64,000 nucleotides of DNA from a virus (lineage: Duplodnaviria > Caudoviricetes), in IMG/VR virus record IMGVR_UViG_3300037067_007633, positions 96,178 to 160,177 of that record. One strand, 5' to 3'. The notes under the pieces were generated by a model. That model saw nothing but the letters and a program-made list of their open reading frames with translations, was not told the origin of the DNA and searched no databases. Every line of letters starts with the position of its first letter. Positions within the stretch are counted from its first letter, which is position 1. The position numbers were made by a program, and so were the translations under genes. This document shows, in pieces, positions 58,526 to 64,000 of this stretch.

Positions 58526-60268
58526 TTATTTATATCTATCCATAAATGGTTTTAATGATTTACATTGACTTTTAATATAAAATAATATAGCATTATATTT
58601 TTCTATAATTTCTTGTCTTCTAATTTTTGTATTATCGTGTTTACTTTCCTGTCCTTTATATGACCACCTATATTCTGTAAAATAATTAGGAAGAATTACA
58701 GTTTCTACATTGTTTAACCACATTCTTGACCACAAATCAAAATCTTGACAAAATCCAGGAATATATCCACCCATTTTTAATACTAGGTGTCTCTTAAATG
58801 CCACTGTTGGATGAGCAATTCCGTTAGTATTCCAATCTTGTAGCCAATACGGTTTTGTTTTATCATAAGTTTTATATTGACAACCACTCCATGATTCTCT
58901 AATTCCTTCATTGTTTATCATATGAAGTTGTCCCGCTGTAACACCAACACTTGGATGTTCTCTATGAAAATTAACTTGTGTAGACAATCTTCCTGGTAAC
59001 ATAATATCATCAGAATCATGTCTAATTATTAGATCGCTGTTTGCCGCTTTAATTCCGTCATTAATAGCCGGTCCACATCCTATAATTTCGGTATGTTCTC
59101 TATTAATAATTCTTATTTTATTACTATACAAATTTAATGCGGTTAATGTATCTTCATTTGTACTCTCGTCATTAACAACAATAATTTCAAAATTAACACC
59201 CTCTTGTTGTATAACAGAAAGAATTGACGGTAATAAAAATTTTGGAGGAGTATTATAAACGGGAATTACAACAGAACAATCTAATTCTCTTTGAGGACAC
59301 CTAACAATACCATTGCTAAACTTTCTATAAATATCATTATATTCTTTAAACATTCTGTTGATATTATAACGGGTTTCTGCAAGTTTTCTTCCTGCTTGCC
59401 CCATTACATTTCTTAGTTCTGGATTTTTAGCTAACTGTTTAATTTGTATAAATAATTCTTCGTCCGTATTTCCAGAAAGACCCGCATACTGAATAATATC
59501 ATTTAAAGCTTCAACATTACGATAAACTATCGGAATACCGGAAGCCATTGCTTCTAACGCAACATATGAGCAACTTTCCTTCAAACTGGGTATTAGTAAA
59601 ATGTCTATTTGTGCATATTGTTCTGGCAATTCATTAATAGGTAAATCTCCTATTAATTCTACGTTTGCTATCTTAGATAATTGTTCTGTTATTTCTTTAG
59701 ATGTTATACGACCACCATTGCCTATAACGCGAAGCGTCATATTCTTTGGAAGTCCGTTTTTTTGTAAATATTCAATAAAACATGGTGGAATTTTTTCTCC
59801 AGAACGTCTTGCAATTAATCCAATAATTACATTATCATTTTTATTGTGTGTATAAACTCTAGGTGTAAACTTTGTTATATCTATTCCATGAATAATTTTA
59901 TTTTTGAAACTTCCACATATCGGAATAATCCAATTGTCGTTTTCTGGAATATTCATTGTGTCTAAGTAGCCATGGCACGTTCCTACGTGTGGATATTGAC
60001 TAACTACATTCATTAACCATCCATGTAAAGGATAATGGTGATGAATTAAATCTGGATCTAAATCCTTTATTAATGATTCACCATCTAAATCATTTTCAAT
60101 ATCGTGAATTTCAGCATTAACTTTCCAAAAATGATTATGACTTTTACAAAGTATATGAATTTCTGCAAATTCCGATGCCCAATTTGCTAAATCAACAATG
60201 AATCTTTGTGCTCCCCCCATAGCAAAATCCCACGGAAGAAGATGTAAAATCTTGGGTTTATATTTCAT
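58526..60268 (-). CDS. Bifunctional GT4 + GT2 glycosyltransferase
   Basis: GGAQR...ESCSYVALEAMASGIP; SVVIPVYN, VNDES, HDSDD, QDFDLW. Confidence 0.9.
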   Translation of the reverse strand: MKYKPKILHLLPWDFAMGGAQRFIVDLANWASEFAEIHILCKSHNHFWKVNAEIHDIENDLDGESLIKDLDPDLIHHHYPLHGWLMNVVSQYPHVGTCHGYLDTMNIPENDNWIIPICGSFKNKIIHGIDITKFTPRVYTHNKNDNVIIGLIARRSGEKIPPCFIEYLQKNGLPKNMTLRVIGNGGRITSKEITEQLSKIANVELIGDLPINELPEQYAQIDILLIPSLKESCSYVALEAMASGIPIVYRNVEALNDIIQYAGLSGNTDEELFIQIKQLAKNPELRNVMGQAGRKLAETRYNINRMFKEYNDIYRKFSNGIVRCPQRELDCSVVIPVYNTPPKFLLPSILSVIQQEGVNFEIIVVNDESTNEDTLTALNLYSNKIRIINREHTEIIGCGPAINDGIKAANSDLIIRHDSDDIMLPGRLSTQVNFHREHPSVGVTAGQLHMINNEGIRESWSGCQYKTYDKTKPYWLQDWNTNGIAHPTVAFKRHLVLKMGGYIPGFCQDFDLWSRMWLNNVETVILPNYFTEYRWSYKGQESKHDNTKIRRQEIIEKYNAILFYIKSQCKSLKPFMDRYK

Positions 60269-60507
60269 TTGTTAATATAATCTTTAATTTGCTTTAACCA
60301 AACTTCCTCATTACCACAAACACTATCATCTTGTCCGTTTAATTGTACAAGTCTTTTATTTAACTTTTTAAAAGTAATATAAATTTCTTCTATTTGTTTT
60401 AAAGCTTGTTCTTTATCTTTTAGTAGTATTGTAGTAGAAGAATATATAGAGAAATATAATTCCCTAATAGTTTGACAAATTGTTTTTTGATTGGATTGAA
60501 ATGTCAT
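60265..60507 (-). CDS. Hypothetical protein
   Basis: ORF packed in operon. Confidence 0.5.
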   Translation of the reverse strand: MTFQSNQKTICQTIRELYFSIYSSTTILLKDKEQALKQIEEIYITFKKLNKRLVQLNGQDDSVCGNEEVWLKQIKDYINK

Positions 60508-61553
60508 GATCTAACAATAATTTTACTACCCCGTGGTAAAATACGATTGTTAGAATGAGATTGAACATAAATGTCATAACAACTATGGTTATATGGTTCT
60601 ACCTTAGCGTCAGCATTTTCCGGTAAACCAATTAACTGACGTGCTTTACTACCACTCCAAATTTCTGGTTCTCCCTTCTTATTAACTAAAACTTCCTTCT
60701 TATATGAAACCTTTTCCTTTTTAACTAATTGATAAAAAGTAGAACCAACAACATACGGTTTTCCCGTCTTACTTTCTACAAAAGGCTTAATATCAGCTTC
60801 CTTTTGTAATTCGTAAATCTTACATGAACTTGAAATATCATCAAGTGATTTTGCAATCTTTGAAGTAGTTAACTTTGAGAGATCTGTTTTTACAAAGAAA
60901 CTTGCAACAGCAGCTTTTCCAATGGAACGTGAGGTATAATAATTATCAAGTGCGTCATTAGTATTTACATCTGCGTTCTTTAATCCCTCCTTTGTGGTTT
61001 CCCACTCTTGAATATTTTCTGAATTAATACCATATCTACTTGATAATTGTGAACCATATCCACGAGGTAATAGAAATGCTATAGTCCATCTTCCTGTTCG
61101 TAACTTACCAGTAATTATATTACTAATACGATTGGTGTCCTTACTAAAACTACGATTTTCATTACCGTCTGTAATAACTAAAAGTAAGAACGAACACCTT
61201 CCATCGTCTTGCTTTTCCAATTCTTCAATCATTTCACGAGTAGCTGTAAATAAAGCTGTCATTCCATCACGAGGACGATAATCAACAAATTTATTAAGAT
61301 TGCTACTTGGAACATTAGAGAAGATTAAACGGCTATTATCAGAAAAATTACTAAGAGTAACAAAAGAGTTTTGTTTCTTAATCTTGTCTTCATTGCGAAT
61401 TTTATCCAACCAATTGTTTACGGTTGTCTTTACTCCATTAGCTAAACCATAAGTAACAATTGAACCCGACTCATCAACAACAAAACCAACCTTAGTTAGA
61501 GTTGGGGATTTCTTATTACTAATAAACCTACCATCTGGACCGTGCATTGTCAT
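60504..61553 (-). CDS. von Willebrand A domain protein
   Basis: MIDAS VVDESGS, GMTALF, VITDGNEN. Confidence 0.85.
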   Translation of the reverse strand: MTMHGPDGRFISNKKSPTLTKVGFVVDESGSIVTYGLANGVKTTVNNWLDKIRNEDKIKKQNSFVTLSNFSDNSRLIFSNVPSSNLNKFVDYRPRDGMTALFTATREMIEELEKQDDGRCSFLLLVITDGNENRSFSKDTNRISNIITGKLRTGRWTIAFLLPRGYGSQLSSRYGINSENIQEWETTKEGLKNADVNTNDALDNYYTSRSIGKAAVASFFVKTDLSKLTTSKIAKSLDDISSSCKIYELQKEADIKPFVESKTGKPYVVGSTFYQLVKKEKVSYKKEVLVNKKGEPEIWSGSKARQLIGLPENADAKVEPYNHSCYDIYVQSHSNNRILPRGSKIIVRS

Positions 61554-61610
61554 AATTCAATTTCTCCTTTTCAATTAAAACTAAATATTTTTATCGCTCC
61601 TGATTACCCT

Positions 61611-61638
61611 ATTATACTATTAATTTTTAAAATGTCAA
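61611..61638 (-). promoter_or_regulatory. Sigma70-consensus promoter
   Basis: TTGACA-16 nt-TATAAT in the intergenic gap, immediately after a terminator. Confidence 0.75.
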
Positions 61639-61642
61639 GTAT

Positions 61643-61681
61643 AAAAAATAAGCGGAACTGAAAAAAATCAATTCCGCTTAT
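61643..61681 (-). terminator. Rho-independent terminator
   Basis: ATAAGCGGAATTG-loop-CAGTTCCGCTTAT then T-run. Confidence 0.85.
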
Positions 61682-61700
61682 CACTTTTAACATCTTTAAA

Positions 61701-61925
61701 TTAACTATTTTTAGATCTAGTAAATAACGACCCTATTAATACAATTAAAGCCAAAACTAATAAGATACTAAATATTCCAGCTACAGGAATCCATAGCGGA
61801 GCGGTAACCCAAATCCAAGACCAACTAATATAGTTAGTCATTTTAAGAACAAAGAAAACAATAAATAGGAAACCAAGAAAACCTATTCCAGTACTACTTA
61901 CAACAATCTTTGGATTATTATTCAT
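61701..61925 (-). CDS. Small two-TM phage membrane protein
   Basis: GIGFLGFL..VF.VLK...I.WSW.WV.APLWIP. Confidence 0.7.
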   Translation of the reverse strand: MNNNPKIVVSSTGIGFLGFLFIVFFVLKMTNYISWSWIWVTAPLWIPVAGIFSILLVLALIVLIGSLFTRSKNS

Positions 61926-61927
61926 TA

Positions 61928-63850
61928 TTATTTTACCTCAACTTTAGATTCTTTTATTTGTGCAATCTGATTTTCTAAATCTTTAATTTTTGCTAAAACG
62001 CCTGTATCGTTCTCCTTGGATTCGTGGTCTTTAACTGCTTTAACGATAGCTTCATACTGTTCTGTAGTTGGGCTAGGCATTCCCTTTAAATCAGTTATAA
62101 GCTTGTCAATCAAAGCGGTTCCAGAAATATCTTTTTCTGCTACTTCGGTAGCTTTTGAACTTTGTAAAAGATCTTCTAACTTTTCTTTTAATGTCGAAAT
62201 ATCAGGCTTACTATCCTTAAACAATTGCTCCATAGCTTTGCTACGTTGGTTTTCAAAGATAGAACGCTCGATATTTTTATTAATTTTATTGGCGTAACGG
62301 CGTTCCTCAAGAAAGGTGTCAGCCCAATCTAACAACAGGGTATCTAATCCATCCATTGTTTCCCTTGCTTGCTTTCCGGCATCTTCGCCCCATTTTTCTG
62401 TAATCTTTTTCTGTAATAAATCTTCAACTTTATCAACTTGTTTAACCACAATATTTTTAATAACTCTCTTCCATAAGAAATATAATAATATACCCGCTAA
62501 ACCAAAACCAACAACTGAACTTGTAGGATTATTTTGGACAACTTGACTAACTTTGGTAGTAATGGGAATATTAGCATCAGCCAACTTATCCTGTAGTTCC
62601 TTATTTAGTTTTTCCAGATTTTCTTTTTCTACAGCTAAAGATTGCATTTTATTTGCAACATCACGTAGCTGTTCAGCTAACGCATTATCTTTTGGAACTG
62701 GTTGTAATTCTTCTGGTGTTTTTGGAATTGGCTTATCTTCAACCTTTGGAGTAGAAGGAATATTACCACCCAAACCAGGAATATCAGGAGGTTCTATACC
62801 GTAAGGATTTCCTCCACCTCCACCGTTAGGTGGTTGTTGTGGTTGTGGTTGTGGTTGTCTACGACGAAATAATCCATCAGGATCACCATAATATGGCATT
62901 GTTGGTCCACCTTGTCCAGGTTGACAATTACCATTTGGACCACACTGGGTTTCATATAAATTAATTATTTCTGTATTATTGGCACTCCAATACTTAATAT
63001 TTTCATTGCGTGGTAATCCAACAATATATTTATTTCCAGTTTCTCTTGTTGTATTTACACAATAAAATTTTCCGTCTGTAGCAAGAGCATGATCATATAA
63101 TGATTTACCACAATGGATACAATTAGGAGTACTAACGTGTTTATATGAAGTAGGTATTGGATTAGCTTTTTTAGATCCATTTTCAAAAGCATCATATAAA
63201 TTAGAAATCATAATGCCACCACCAACGACACTATCTTGTCCTAATGGCTGCTCTATCCGCCAAGTTACAATAGCACCAATTCTAGATTCTAACTCTCCGT
63301 TTTCATTTTGTATTAAAGTTAAAATACCGGAACCACTTTGACCTCCAACTGGTGCAGGAATAAATACAATACGATTATTCTCTGAAACTCTAACGTGCCC
63401 CTCCCAAGCTGATGGACCAATACCCTGTGGACAACCTGCGGCACTAATATAATTTCCAGGTTTCATTTTGTGGTTACGAGGAACTAACGGAATTACGCGG
63501 GGTCTTTTGTTTCCAAACTTCTTTTTCGGAACACGAACAACGCAAAAATCTACATCTGTATTTTGCTGATAAGCTTTCCATACAACTTCAGCACCCAATT
63601 TATTACTTTTCCAACCTCTTGCATAAAATTCTAAATCAACATTTTTATTTGTACCAACAACATGATAATTAGTAAGAACAAAATAATAATTTTCATCTTC
63701 GCTAAAAACCGTTCCACTTCCAGCACCAACACCGCTTGTAACTTTACAAGTAGCGTCAATAATTTCATTAAGATTCAATGGTTTACAATCACCATAATTA
63801 TATAAGAGACAAAACACTAAAGATACAGATAACAAAAATTTTTTTAACAT
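61928..63850 (-). CDS. Exported, membrane-anchored trypsin-like serine protease
   Basis: Signal peptide; LTNYHV, DVDF, GGQSGSG triad; Pro/Gln/Gly linker; TM helix; coiled-coil tail. Confidence 0.82.
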   Translation of the reverse strand: MLKKFLLSVSLVFCLLYNYGDCKPLNLNEIIDATCKVTSGVGAGSGTVFSEDENYYFVLTNYHVVGTNKNVDLEFYARGWKSNKLGAEVVWKAYQQNTDVDFCVVRVPKKKFGNKRPRVIPLVPRNHKMKPGNYISAAGCPQGIGPSAWEGHVRVSENNRIVFIPAPVGGQSGSGILTLIQNENGELESRIGAIVTWRIEQPLGQDSVVGGGIMISNLYDAFENGSKKANPIPTSYKHVSTPNCIHCGKSLYDHALATDGKFYCVNTTRETGNKYIVGLPRNENIKYWSANNTEIINLYETQCGPNGNCQPGQGGPTMPYYGDPDGLFRRRQPQPQPQQPPNGGGGGNPYGIEPPDIPGLGGNIPSTPKVEDKPIPKTPEELQPVPKDNALAEQLRDVANKMQSLAVEKENLEKLNKELQDKLADANIPITTKVSQVVQNNPTSSVVGFGLAGILLYFLWKRVIKNIVVKQVDKVEDLLQKKITEKWGEDAGKQARETMDGLDTLLLDWADTFLEERRYANKINKNIERSIFENQRSKAMEQLFKDSKPDISTLKEKLEDLLQSSKATEVAEKDISGTALIDKLITDLKGMPSPTTEQYEAIVKAVKDHESKENDTGVLAKIKDLENQIAQIKESKVEVK

Positions 63851-64000
63851 ATTACATCTCCACTATTTAAACGATTTGACTTTGAACGTATCTTTTAATA
63901 TTTTAATAAAATCCTTTGGTAATTGATAATATTCCGCTTCTAACACAGCCATTACTGGATAATCAGGTAAAAAATTTAAAACTGCATTTAATTTTGATAC

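Noticed and set aside
3981-62804. All plus-strand ORFs in the track, and nested minus-strand ORFs 20919-21125, 52271-52465 and 53873-54082
   Set aside because: They are shadows of longer, motif-bearing minus-strand genes and have no recognisable motifs
62811-62860. GGTTGT-type tandem repeat
   Set aside because: It is in-frame coding sequence for the Pro/Gln/Gly linker of the protease (6-nt period)
1-64000. Stop-codon reassignment to explain the dnaE stop
   Set aside because: Genes tile the window under the standard code, and the dnaE break also changes frame, which readthrough could not fix

Overview
This is 64 kb of a large, very AT-rich, densely packed dsDNA bacteriophage genome. Every credible gene is on the minus strand, it reads in the standard genetic code, and I saw no tRNA, rRNA or CRISPR array. 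It carries four main gene sets. (i) Replication/recombination: DNA polymerase III alpha split into two genes around a DnaQ-like exonuclease, primase, DnaB, intein-containing RecA, a Cas4/RecB-like nuclease and two SSBs. (ii) Nucleotide metabolism: intein-containing class II RNR, ThyX, dCMP deaminase and dNMP kinase. (iii) About 11 glycosyltransferase-type genes plus methyltransferases, an NTP transferase and a radical SAM/SPASM enzyme. (iv) Three DNA methyltransferases, two sigma factors, ClpP-like and trypsin-like proteases, a macrodomain and many small hypothetical genes. Two non-coding signals stand out. First, a minimal RAMP/Cas7-like gene (56171-56695) is followed directly by 15 in-phase pentamers (conserved KGY + variable NN, 56096-56170) and then a PD-(D/E)xK-like nuclease gene; this is a candidate RNA-guided system with a non-contiguous code. 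Second, the 5' end of dnaE holds a 17-nt stop-containing insert bounded by matching ACT codons inside a hairpin, next to a free-standing homing endonuclease; this is a candidate programmed ribosomal bypass cassette like T4 gene 60/mobA. All assignments come from motif recognition by eye; no database searches were run.
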